Positions 52,570 to 64,000 of a DNA stretch of 64,000 nucleotides are shown piece by piece (the stretch's first letter is position 1; each line of letters begins with the position of its first letter). The translations under genes were made by a program, and so were the position numbers. The notes under the pieces were generated by a model that was not told the origin of the DNA, did not search any database, and saw only the letters and a program-made list of their open reading frames with translations. The DNA is taken from assembly GCF_006345805.1 (NCBI RefSeq), contig NC_043008.1:7378001-7442000 (forward strand), read 5' to 3'. The DNA comes from Octopus sinensis (taxonomy: Eukaryota).

Positions 52570-52595
52570 GAAGAGAGAAGAAGAAGAAGAAGAAT
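51963..52595. repeat. Compound (CTT)n/(AAT)n/(CTA)n/(CTG)n/(GAA)n block
   Basis: Visible runs. Confidence 0.95.
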
Positions 52596-52848
52596 CCGTC
52601 TTATAACAATAAGTCGCCGCACGTCCATAATACTTAGTTGAGCACAGTTTTAGAGCAAGATGGGGTTTGATAGTATACAGGCCCTTTAATAATTAACAAT
52701 TCAGTAATAAATAGCATCTTCCTTTTGGAGCTGTGAAGGGATCCTAAAATGATATGCAGTGAGGAAATGAGGAAGATCGGTTCATAAATACAATCTATGT
52801 ATGCATGATTGTATAAAGATTAAATCCCTTGTGCTGTGTATACATATT

Positions 52849-52891
<43 letters not shown>

Positions 52892-52979
52892 TATATATTA
52901 TATATATATATATATAATATATATTATATATATATATTATATATATATATATAACACATATATATGTATGTATATTATG

Positions 52980-53024
<45 letters not shown>

Positions 53025-53256
53025 GGTGAATGAGAAATGGATGAATTGAACAGAAATCGTTTTATAAGTTTATCTGCGTTCACTCCATTTCTTCAATTCA
53101 CCAAATTAATTTCAATTATACGCCCGGTGCAACGCCAGATTGCCAATGTTAATGCTGTGATTTTTGCTACTAAGGTATCGTGAATTTTGATTAATACTAA
53201 AGATATTCATATTTCTATTACATAATATATTATATATATATATATAAATATAAAGT

Positions 53257-53582
53257 AAAGCCTCCTTCGGTTATGAAGGATCATGGGATTGCACCTGAAA
53301 GTACCTCCTAGACACAAGTCGGGCAAGGTTGTTTATGGAAGACCAGCAGTCGCCCATGCATACCAGCCTCCCCTCTCCACGCCACCAGTGTTATCCAAGG
53401 GAAGACAAAGGTCGATACAGCTTGGCACCAGTGACGTCGCAACTCATTTCTACAGCTGAGTGAACTGGACCAACGTGAATAAAGTCCTTTGCTCAAGAAC
53501 ACAACACGCAGCCCGGTCCGGGATTCGAGCTCACAACCTCACGATCGTAGCTCGACGCTCTAACCACTGAACCATGCGCCTT
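53257..53582 (-). mobile_element. SINE family D, full length with tRNA-derived head
   Basis: Minus strand ggcgcatggttcagtggttagagcg (A box)...gagctcgaatccc (B-box-like), body and tail match the other D copies. Confidence 0.9.
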
Positions 53583-53652
53583 CATATATATATGTATTAT
53601 ATATATATTACATATATGTATATATATAGATATACATATTATATATATATAT

Positions 53653-53689
<37 letters not shown>

Positions 53690-53730
53690 CTATATAATAT
53701 ATATATATATATGCTTAATATATATAAATA

Positions 53731-53822
<92 letters not shown>

Positions 53823-54502
53823 GTGCATTGTATGTATGCGTATATTAAAGCTGTATATAGCTTATGTATTCAGGCGTATACATATGGTGTCTGTGGGTGT
53901 TGATGTAAATATACTTGTCTACGTTTATATATAACAACGATAAAATGCAAGACAACGCAAATTTCAAGTCTTCTGCAAACAGGTTGGTCAGAGATATGAC
54001 TCTGAAACAAATAAACGAAATATCTTGACCAGACGTCAAACAAAATATTTCTATATGCAGACTAATAAAGAGTGTCCTAGTCACTACAGTAACCAAATAA
54101 ATGTATCTACGTTTTTTTTGCTTTTGTGTTTTTTACTTCCTGCAAATTAAGCAGGCTCCGGAGCACATTATCCATATGGATATATTTTTGACCGCCTAAA
54201 TTTCTTTTTCCTACATATCAAACTTCCCATGTCGAACAGAGATAACGCCGCTTATCTATTAGCTGTCATTTTTGTTTTCAATTTTTTTCAAGACTAAAAG
54301 CGAGTGTATACAATGCCACAATGCGAGGAAGATGTATAATGGTTTTCTATGTTGATACAAGAACGGGGTGGGGGTGGGGGTGGGGGTTCCAGGTTGGCTT
54401 GACAATTATCGGTGGCAACAATTTTTTCTCTAAAAATAGATAGGATGTTTAACTGATAAACACGCATTCAGCCAAAAGGAAGTAGCACGGAGGGGTACCC
54501 AA

Positions 54503-54616
54503 ATAATAATAATGATGATGATGATGATGAAGATGATGATGATGATGACGATGATGATGATGATGATGATGATAATAATGATAATAATAATAATAATGAT
54601 AATAATAATAATAATA

Positions 54617-54672
<56 letters not shown>

Positions 54673-54681
54673 GTAATAATT
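54503..54681. repeat. (ATG)n/(ATA)n microsatellite
   Basis: Visible run. Confidence 0.95.
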
Positions 54682-54960
54682 GAAACCGTATGGCATATTA
54701 CCAGCCAATGTGCGCCACTAGCCCAGAAGGAATATAAGAGACGCCTAGACAATATAGCCAGGTTTGTGCATTGGACACTTTGCAACAAGTATGGACTTGA
54801 CGGAGCAAAAAATTGGTATGATCACTAACCTGAAGGTATCATCGAAAATAAAAATGTAAATATAAAGATCCGAAGTGATTTTATGATTCAGTGTGACCAT
54901 GAGACAGAGAATAAGAAGACGGATAGATTCTTAATTGAGAAAGAAACATAATGCAGGATT
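54682..54960 (+). pseudogene. Fragment of an R2-group (R4/Dong-like) non-LTR element: end of zinc knuckle and start of restriction-like endonuclease
   Basis: Own translation ETVWHITSQCAPLAQKEYKRRLDNIARFVHWTLCNKYGLDGAKNWYDH*PEGIIEN...DFMIQCDH...; two stops, so absent from the ORF track. Confidence 0.75.
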
Positions 54961-55143
54961 TGTATGGAGTTCCCTTCTCTTAGATGAGCAGCTGAAAAGC
55001 TGTTCATCTCCGCGGCATCCATTGACGTACCTCTCACTAAGCATCTTCCGGTGTCAATTCCATAATATCTTTATTAACTCACATTAACTACTACCGGTCG
55101 GAGTAAATTTGGGAACATCAATTTACTCGAACATTACTGATAC

Positions 55144-55312
55144 GGGCGCAGAAGTGGCTGTGTGGTAGGTAGCTTGCTTACCAACCACAGTAAGGTTTCG
55201 GGTTCAGTCCCACTGCGTGGCACCTTGGGCAAGTGTCTTCTTCTATAGCCTCAGGCCGAGCAAAGCCTTGTGAATGGATTTGGTAGATGGAAACTGAAAT
55301 AAGCCCGTCGTA

Positions 55313-55359
<47 letters not shown>

Positions 55360-55401
55360 ATATTATATATATATATGTGTGTGTGTGTGAGTGTGTGTGT
55401 G

Positions 55402-55448
<47 letters not shown>

Positions 55449-55650
55449 GTGTCTGTGTTTGTCCGCCCAACATCGCTTGAAAACGGATATTGGTGTGTCT
55501 ACGTCCCCGTAACATTAGCGATTCGGCAAAAGATACCGATAGAATAAGTAGTAGGTTTACAAATAGTAAGTCCTGGGGTCGATTTGTTCGACTAAAGTAG
55601 TGCTCCTGCATGGCCGCAGTCAAATGACTGAAACAAGTAAAAGAGTACAG
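55144..55650 (+). mobile_element. SINE family A, full length
   Basis: Head, (TATATG)n/(TG)n centre, tail gcatggccgcagtcaaatgactgaaac. Confidence 0.92.
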
Positions 55651-55920
55651 AGAGAGAGTACAAGTTTGAAGGCTTTAAGCAGCTTCCTATCGGGACAATA
55701 TATAAACATTGTTGTTTCTAAACAAATTAGCGTTGTCTCATTCATGTTACCTCTGTTAATAGGAATTGTCCAGTCAGATTGCTTTCTTCTGAGAACTCTT
55801 TCAGCCGTAATGGTTGTCCCCAACTATATGTATTTTTCTTTCTGAGGATTCTCAAAGATTCGCTTTCTATGGACATGGTCATTCCCATATTCATATCTAA
55901 GATCGATCATTATTCTTTTC

Positions 55921-56313
55921 TACTCTAGGCACAAGTCCCGAAATTTTGGAGGAGGGGGCTAGTCGATTAGATTGACCCTAGTACGCAACTGGTACTTAAT
56001 TTATCGACCCCGAAAGGATGAAAGGCAAAGACGACCTCGGTGGAACTTGAACTCAGAACGTAGCGGCAGACGAAATACCTATTTCTTTACTACCCACAAC
56101 GGGCTAAACACAGAGGGGACAAAAAAGGACAGACAAACTGATTAAGCCTATTATATCGACCCCAGTGCGTAACTGGTACTTATTTAATTGACCCCCAAAA
56201 GGATGAAAGGCAATGTCGACCTCGGCGGAATTTGAACTCAGAACGTAGCGGCAGACGAAATACTGAAAAACATGTCGCACGGCGTGCTAACGATTCTTCC
56301 AGAGCGCGACCTT
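55921..56313 (-). mobile_element. SINE family B dimer ending in the alternative 3' tail
   Basis: Junction gacgaaatacctatttctttactacccac is the reverse complement of the junction type at 37050. Confidence 0.88.
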
Positions 56314-56339
56314 ATTATTAAAATAATGAAAGAGGAGTG

Positions 56340-56540
56340 TCTTGATTGGCTGAATCGTTAGAGCACCGGAGAAAATAACTTGCGGTAATTCTCCCGACTC
56401 CTTACATTCTGATTTGAAATCCTTTGCTTTTAATCATTTCGTGGTCAATAAGATAAAGTACCACTAGCAGGCAATCAAATAGTGGTATCGATGATATCGA
56501 CCAAGCCTCTCCCATGAAATTTCTAACCTCATGACTGTCT
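56340..56540 (+). mobile_element. SINE family B, strongly decayed
   Basis: ttggctgaatcgttagagcaccgg...tttgcttttaatcatttcgtggtcaataagataaagtacc...gtatcgatgatatcgac. Confidence 0.55.
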
Positions 56541-56674
56541 TTGGAAGATTAGAAGTAAAAAAGATAGAAAAATAATGGAAGAAAATATCAAAGAGAAAAG
56601 GAATGGTTAATACAAGAAAGAGAGGCATACAATTAATTAGGTAGGACGGAGAGAAAGATACGAGGCATGTACGA

Positions 56675-56715
<41 letters not shown>

Positions 56716-56979
56716 AGGAATGAGAGAAGGGCAGAAAGTATCAAAGAAAACAAAAAAGAGAGAAAGAAAGAGGTGAACGAATGAAAATAGTTAAAATAAA
56801 TTAGGGGTTGAATGCAAAGTTATTTTTTCAGAGAAACATTAGAAGATTCGGATGGAAAATTGATGAATTATAGGGTTTGTGTGTCCAGCGGATTAAACTC
56901 TCTCCACAGTAACAATTAATATTATATTAACCACGAATGTGAATAATATGAATTACTCGACTAAAAATACGGCAACTTC

Positions 56980-57235
56980 CTAAAATGAGCAAAATGCTGC
57001 AACTTCCTAAAACCAGGAAAATAGTGCAACATTCTAAACTGTGCGAAATTTTATTACATCATATAATGAGCAAAATATTGCAACATCTGAAAATGAGGAA
57101 AATATCGTAACGTCGTAAAATGAGGAAAATATTGTAACGTTCTAAAATGAGGGAAATAATGCAATTTTGTGAAATGAGTAAAATACGGAAGCATCTTAAA
57201 ATGAGGAAAATAAAACAACATACTAAAATGAGTCG
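56980..57235. repeat. Degenerate 27-bp minisatellite, 9 full units plus partial units
   Basis: Approximate consensus ctaaaatgaggaaaatattgcaacatc; units start at 56980, 57007, 57034 and so on to 57223. Confidence 0.85.
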
Positions 57236-59002
57236 AAGATTCAAAGATTAGATTGGAAACAGAATACATTGAAAAAAAAAAGTAAATAAAAATGAAAGTA
57301 TGATAATCTGAAAGTGCTTTATTGTTTAAAGAGAAAATTATGAATTTCTGTAATTAGGTGATTGGTTATATGGTGAACACGTAAGTAGTAACATTGCACA
57401 TAACTGCATGGCAGCAATCCTATAAGATTACAGGAGAAACTAAAGAGAATATAGCCGTGTAGTTAGCAACAGATGACAAAGTAGAAACTCTGACAAAGGT
57501 TAACCATTTCTTAAGTACCACTGATAATTCGAATAATTTTGCTTATGAGCGTGAAGAGAGATTAACTCGGCTAAATTTAAGGTCGTTTAAGTTAGGAAGA
57601 ATATTATTAGAAATATTGATAACAGGAATAACTGCAAAGAATACGAATAGTGTAAGAATCGTGAAACCCTTTCCTCAGTCGACTTTTACTCACCGATAAT
57701 TAATGAGTTACTGAACGCGACATTATATCTTGCTGAGATATACAACACTTTAATCGATAATACTAGTGAATCGATTATTCGGTGCGAGAAGATCTACAAG
57801 GGCCTTGCTCTTTGACATGGGCTCGGCTTGGGTTAAGAGATCATATCCACGCAGATCATTCGATATTGACATGGAATCGTTTGTTACTGCAGATATTTGT
57901 GACTGCATTGAATTATTCATATCAGATGTTTTGAAGAGAATCTACCCGTTTTGATACGTATAATCTGTGTGCTGGTGCTGTGTTGGCTATTTCCAAATAC
58001 ACGAATGGCCATATATTTGAGAGGCTGAAAATACTTTCCAGATATTTCTACCTGAATATTATAAAAGCAACTTAGCAATATTTTATTTACTGGGAATTCG
58101 CATTTATGTAATGACGCATATGAAACGAATCAGAAAACGAAATAGGAAATTTATTTACCAAAATTCAAAGTCATACCTCTCCTTCATTTAAGGGACCTTA
58201 TAGAAAAACTATGTTAAATCATTTCAGATCTGCTATACAATAAGGAATCTTTCGATAGAGCTGGTTGCTGCAGCAGGATATAATTAAATAATCACAAAGA
58301 CAACTAGCTCAGGGCAGCCAAAGCAGAAATGTGTAGAAACATATAGTCGGCGTGGAAATCCTCATTCAATATCAAGTCGACACTATAGGAAGTCTCCCTC
58401 GCATTAATTATTATTTTCCCTTTCAGCTTATATAAATACTGATGTGTGTGTTTGTGTTTGTGAGTGTGTATGCGTCCATGTGTGTGTTTATAAATAAGAT
58501 TGCAGCGATATAGCCTTTCATATGTATAATCGATGACGGACGCCATTTGTATAACTGCGATATGTGAATATGCCATTGAAATATTGTTGCTTTTATCTAT
58601 GTCATTCCTATAAAGTTATCAGCAACACTAATCTATGTATTACTTATAAATGAGGCAATAACATACATCTATTTTACGTCGATCCGCATTGTATATACCA
58701 AAACTAGATACTATTATAGTTGCGGAAGTACACATATCTGTTTCAGATAATGATACGTGCGCGCGCACACACACGCACACATACAGACACACAGACACGC
58801 AACCTGACACAAACACACACACACAGACAAACATTTAGACACATGTACAGTATCATACAAAATCAGTTAGACACATGTGCAATATCATGCACAAACACAC
58901 AATCAAATGTGATTTCATACACACTCATATATCCATATGCATATACACACATAAGCACACACAAACACATAAACCACGTGATATATGAACTCTTATTTAT
59001 GT

Positions 59003-59235
59003 TATTTTATTCTTTAACTTTTTCAATCATTTGACTGCGGCCATATTGGAGCACCGTCTCAACGGGTTTTTTGGTCGAAGAAATCGACCCAAAGACTTAT
59101 TGTGTATAAGCCTGTTACTTATTCTATCGATTATTTTTCCACAGCGCTAAATTACGGCGACGTAGCCAAACCCACATCGGTAGTCAAGCGATGGTGGGGC
59201 TACAAATACAGACAGAAGACACACACGCATAGATT

Positions 59236-59268
<33 letters not shown>

Positions 59269-59431
59269 GGACGTGCTTCTTTCAGTGTCCGTTTAGCAAA
59301 TCCACTCGCAATGCGTTGTCGGCTCGAGGCTATTACAGAAGGCACTTGCATAAGGTGCCACGAAGTGGGACAGAACCAGAAACCACGTGGTTGGAAAGCA
59401 AGCTTCTTAGCACACAGCAAAACCTGCGCCT
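59003..59431 (-). mobile_element. SINE family A, full length, diverged
   Basis: Reverse complement of tail, CA/TA centre and head. Confidence 0.87.
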
Positions 59432-60011
59432 GTCTGTGTTTGTGTGGGAATATAATTTTCTGAAGCATCAATTCGAGATAAAACTTCCTACCTATTTCTT
59501 TTCCTTTTTTAAAGGCATACACTGAGGGCGAGCTTATCCATGGTGAAGCTTTCGTGCTTTGATGTTGCGTTAATTAACCAATTAGGAGGATTAATTTAGA
59601 TTAATGCGCTTAAATGCAATCCTTGTTTCCGGAATGTTCTGACTCAAAGGCTCGTTTAAAGAATCCATATTGTTGCTGTGTTAAATTCAATTTAAGCAAG
59701 CACAGGATGAAGACGGTGAAGGGTAAGTCAGAAGTTGTTGGCATTGGTTTTCTGAAGCATCAGTTCTTTCTAAGTGCCCCAAATATGGGATGGTATGTCC
59801 TGGAGGGTCATACCCACGTCCTAATAGATTAGTGGTACAAGGCACCAATATTCACTAGAAAGAGCAGTCGATACAATTACGACGCTATAATAAAAATTCA
59901 CTGCGTATATACTAGCGAAGAGGTGTGAGTGCAATAAACATGAAAATTTTGTTTTACCTCTACGAAGAACATTCGATAAATGGACAACCCAGAATTGGAT
60001 AATGCAGGACT

Positions 60012-60190
60012 AGGCGCAGGAGTGGCTGTGTGGTAATAAGCTTGCTTACCAACCACGTGGTTCCTGGTTCAGTCCCAATGCGTGGCACCTTGGGCAAATG
60101 TCTTATAATATAGCCGCGGGCCGACCAAAGCCTTGTGAGTGGATTTAGTACACGGAAACTGAAAGAAGCCCGTCGTAATTATGTATATGT

Positions 60191-60274
<84 letters not shown>

Positions 60275-60414
60275 TGTATCTGTGTTTGTCCCCCAACTGA
60301 TGCTGGTGTGTAAGTAATAATCTTACAAAGAATAAATCCTGGGGGCGATTTGCTCGACTAAAGCCGTTGCTCCAGCGTGGCCACAGTCACATGACTAAAA
60401 CCCAGTAAAAGAGA
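60012..60414 (+). mobile_element. SINE family A with an internal deletion in the tail
   Basis: aggcgcaggagtggctgtgtgg head; tail gccgttgctccagcgtggccacagtcacatgactaaaac. Confidence 0.9.
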
Positions 60415-60843
60415 CCGGTTTCTGACTCTTCAAATACGTTTGTCAACGTAAATTTTATCAGTCTTCATCAGCTGCATTTACCTGGACAATATATCAAATG
60501 TTGCTACATCAATGCCGGTATACTCGCCTGAACACTTAGCCGTTAACAGGACCGAGACCGAGAACAGTATAGACATTTTCAACAAATAATATTGCAATAC
60601 AATGGTATTACTTTCCAGTAAAATAAAGCCCCGTAAAGGTAAAAACATATATATATATATGGATTAGAAAAAACCCCACCTTTTATCAATTCAATAACGA
60701 AAAATTAAATTATACCATTTAGAAGATTTACATATTATAGAAAGATTAAATATAAGATAAAACATATAACGATGATTAAGCAATGTGCAAAATAATAAAT
60801 AAATAAATAAATAAATAAATAATAAACAAAACGTATATATATA

Positions 60844-60874
<31 letters not shown>

Positions 60875-61669
60875 GCATACATTGACGCACACACGGACAA
60901 GTATGTACAATGCACACATGTACATGCATGTTGTCTGCATTGAGATACTTTTTCACATGTAGCTTTGCGGTGTATTGCATTCAATGCTGGAAAAATACAG
61001 CTGCAAAAGATTAATTAGCGGCGGCAGATGATTAGGCTGATAATACTCTGTAACGTAACGAACACATAAATAGTAAATATATACATTACTTTTTGCTGCC
61101 ACACCCAAAATAGTAATTATCTTATTTTTTCCTTTTACTAGTCAGCGTTTATATTGACCAACAAATATAGAACGATATATAGTAACAAGAATATATATAG
61201 ACGTATATTTATATTTATGATGATAAATAACAATGACAGAAGCGACATATTTAGCTCTATTCTGTTTCGATATTGTTACAAATGTTTTTCCTTTTTTTAT
61301 TCAAATGTTGTGATTCTTTGATTACGTATATTTATGAATGTGGGTATCTGTATCAGTATGTTTATTTATGTGAGTGCTTATACTTGTGTCTACCTGTATG
61401 AATACCATAACAATGTCTTATAAAAAATGTAAAAACCGTTGGTGTTGTACGAACAGTTTTGTACAAAAATGAGACGCTTGACAATATTCGCTGTACATTA
61501 TCGACGCCTCAATCTCTTTTTCACACACACACACACACACATATATATATACATGTGTGTATATATATGTGTGTATGTATGCATGTGGGTATGTATTTGT
61601 GTGTATGTTATGCGCACGAACGTATAAATATGTATCCTAATGCGTATATATATATATATATATAATATA

Positions 61670-61728
61670 AATCAGAGATAAAACCACTATTATGCAACTC
61701 AAACAGTTTTGAGTTATACTCCCTAATA
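61670..61728 (+). repeat. Short copy of repeat X with a fold-back end
   Basis: agagataaaaccactattatgc followed by hairpin aactcaaa-cagt-tttgagtt. Confidence 0.7.
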
Positions 61729-61786
61729 TATATATATAATATATATATATATATATAAATACATACATACATATATATATATATAA

Positions 61787-61867
<81 letters not shown>

Positions 61868-62581
61868 GTGTATGTATGTATATATATAGGTATATACAGA
61901 TTTGTATCTATCATCGCCTGTGTGCATACAAATATGTCTCTCTTTCACACTTTCTTTTCTTTTTCTTTTGCTTTCTCTTTCTCCCTCTTACTCAACACAC
62001 TCGCTCTCTCTCACAACTACGCACGCACTCCCGCACTCTCCCACACACACATATATCTGCATTTATGTGCATGTGCACAACGATTACATTTTGTTCTCAC
62101 GAACCTGCTCTTTCTTACATGTCCTATGAAATCAAAACTTATTTCTTTCCATGAACGTACCTGACAATTTCCTAACTTCTCTCGCAGTTCCTCAACTTTA
62201 CCCATGCTGTTTTTTTTGTTACTTGAATATTTTTGAAATTCAGAACATTTCGCCAAGAGAGGGAAACATCTTTATATGTTTAATTCACTATTTTATTTAT
62301 CCATTATTCAGTTTTGTCAGCTAACCACACCACTACTTCTGCATTTTCTATATCCCCGTTCATTTGTTTATGTTTGAAGGACGGTTGTCCCTTATTGTCG
62401 GATTCCATCACTGAAGGGGATGTGACTGATTTCTAAACTTATTCTGAGATATATGCACGGAGCTATCTCTGGTAGTGCCCTAAAAAGAGTAATTTGGGGA
62501 TCAATAATATTATACAACCTATTTTATAGTCAAATACAATTTAAATATACATACTATTAAGTACCTACTATTTTTATGATA

Positions 62582-62990
62582 TTTACTCTTTTACTCTTTT
62601 ACTTGTTTCAGTCATTTGAATGTGGCCATGCTGGAGCACTGCCTTTAGTCGAGCAAATCGACCCCAGGACTTATTCTTTGTAAGCCTAGTACTTATTCCA
62701 TCGGTCTCTTTTTCCCGAACCGCTAAGTTACGGGGACGCAAACACACCAGCATCGGTTGTCAAGCGATGTTGGGGGGACAAACCCAGACGCACAACCACA
62801 CACACACACACATACACACACATATATAGATAGATATATACGACGGGCTTCTTTCAGTTTCCGTTTACCAAATCCACTCAGAAGGCTTTGGTCGACCCGA
62901 GGCTATAGAAGAAACACTTGCCCAAGGTGCCACGCAGTGGGACTGAACCCGGAACCATGTGGTTGGTAAAGAAGCTACTTACTACACAGC
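62582..62990 (-). mobile_element. SINE family A, near full length
   Basis: Reverse complement of (agtaaaag)n tail, body, CA centre and head. Confidence 0.92.
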
Positions 62991-64000
62991 CTATATTTAA
63001 ATAATATTTATATATTACACTAAAGCAAAAAAAAATGGAACTAATATATATATCCTGAATTACAACTAAGTATAAAAATCAACAACCACAGACCCCAATA
63101 CTCAATTTATAAAATGTAGATCCTAAAGTTTTAAAACTGAAATTATGACAATAATTAACGATCAAGGGACTAAGGTGAATACAAACAGTAAAACTACAGA
63201 TAGCATTCATTTGGTGGTCCTTGTACACGTACAACCGTAATAACGAAAAGGACGACGACAGCGTGTAATATTTAATGTAACTACGACGATAATTCATAAT
63301 TTATGAGTGTCGTTACGAAATGCAATCGAGTGTAAACGGAATTATTTTTCATGTGAGAGGAATTGAACTGTGAACGCATGATATTGTTCAGGACACTAAA
63401 AGGCTATCACTGAGTTATATTTGATTCAACAGAGCCGATTCATCAAAGGGATGAACCGTGGAAGAGATAGTTTAGTTTCGACAGTGTTGCTTGTAACAAT
63501 TCGGTTTAATTAATTGTGTTGTGGAAGACGTATCCTTTAGTGAGTTTTCAATGCTTTAGTGGACGCTCGTACGTTTGATAAGAAGACTTCCATTTTTTGT
63601 AAATGCATTGAATAATATTTACTTTTTTTTTTATTGTATTCGGCATCGCTTAGTGTAGATCATAATTTACATGAATAGGATATTATTCAAAATTAATCCA
63701 AACTCAACTAAAAGTAGCGAAATATTTTCACCATTGATTAGAAAGCAAGCTGTTTAAGACGCAGCTCCAATTAGATATTTAGTCTCCTATGACTGGATAG
63801 AGAAACCAAGCCTCCTTCTTTGGATAGTCTTAAATTTTTATAAAAGGGTTTGGAATCTAATCATATTATTCAATATTTAATTATAGAAAGTAAAAGTCAA
63901 TTTGTGTTTTAGTGGAATTAAATGATCAGCTAACACGCCAGCGCTTTAGCTGTTTTATGTCATCTTTTTCATAGTAGATTTTTTTATCCCAAGCCTATTA

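Overview
AT-rich, repeat-dominated eukaryotic DNA with no host-gene exon that I can support. The SINE repertoire and the dense (TA)n/(TG)n/(ATA)n microsatellites resemble Octopus (cephalopod) genomic DNA; this is recognition, not a database result. Retroelements: (i) two near-identical tandem copies of a young CR1-clade LINE (APE endonuclease + RT, minus strand, 3541-9796) whose private 1-bp indels complement each other, so an intact ~990-codon ORF2 can be reconstructed; (ii) a 5'-truncated LINE of a second CR1-clade family (46923-48308); (iii) a decayed Penelope-like GIY-YIG fragment, an R4/Dong-like restriction-like-endonuclease fragment and a probable L1/Tx1 3' end; (iv) about 25 copies or fragments of at least four tRNA-derived SINE families (working names A-E). 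Best leads: a 3'-terminal motif and covarying hairpin shared by SINE A and both LINE families, several hammerhead-ribozyme-like motifs, fold-back palindromes, a SINE B dimer with the same junction at two loci, closely spaced head-to-head SINE pairs, and retroelement ends fused to specific microsatellites. Most short ORFs in the supplied track are microsatellite or antisense artefacts. Element boundaries are approximate.
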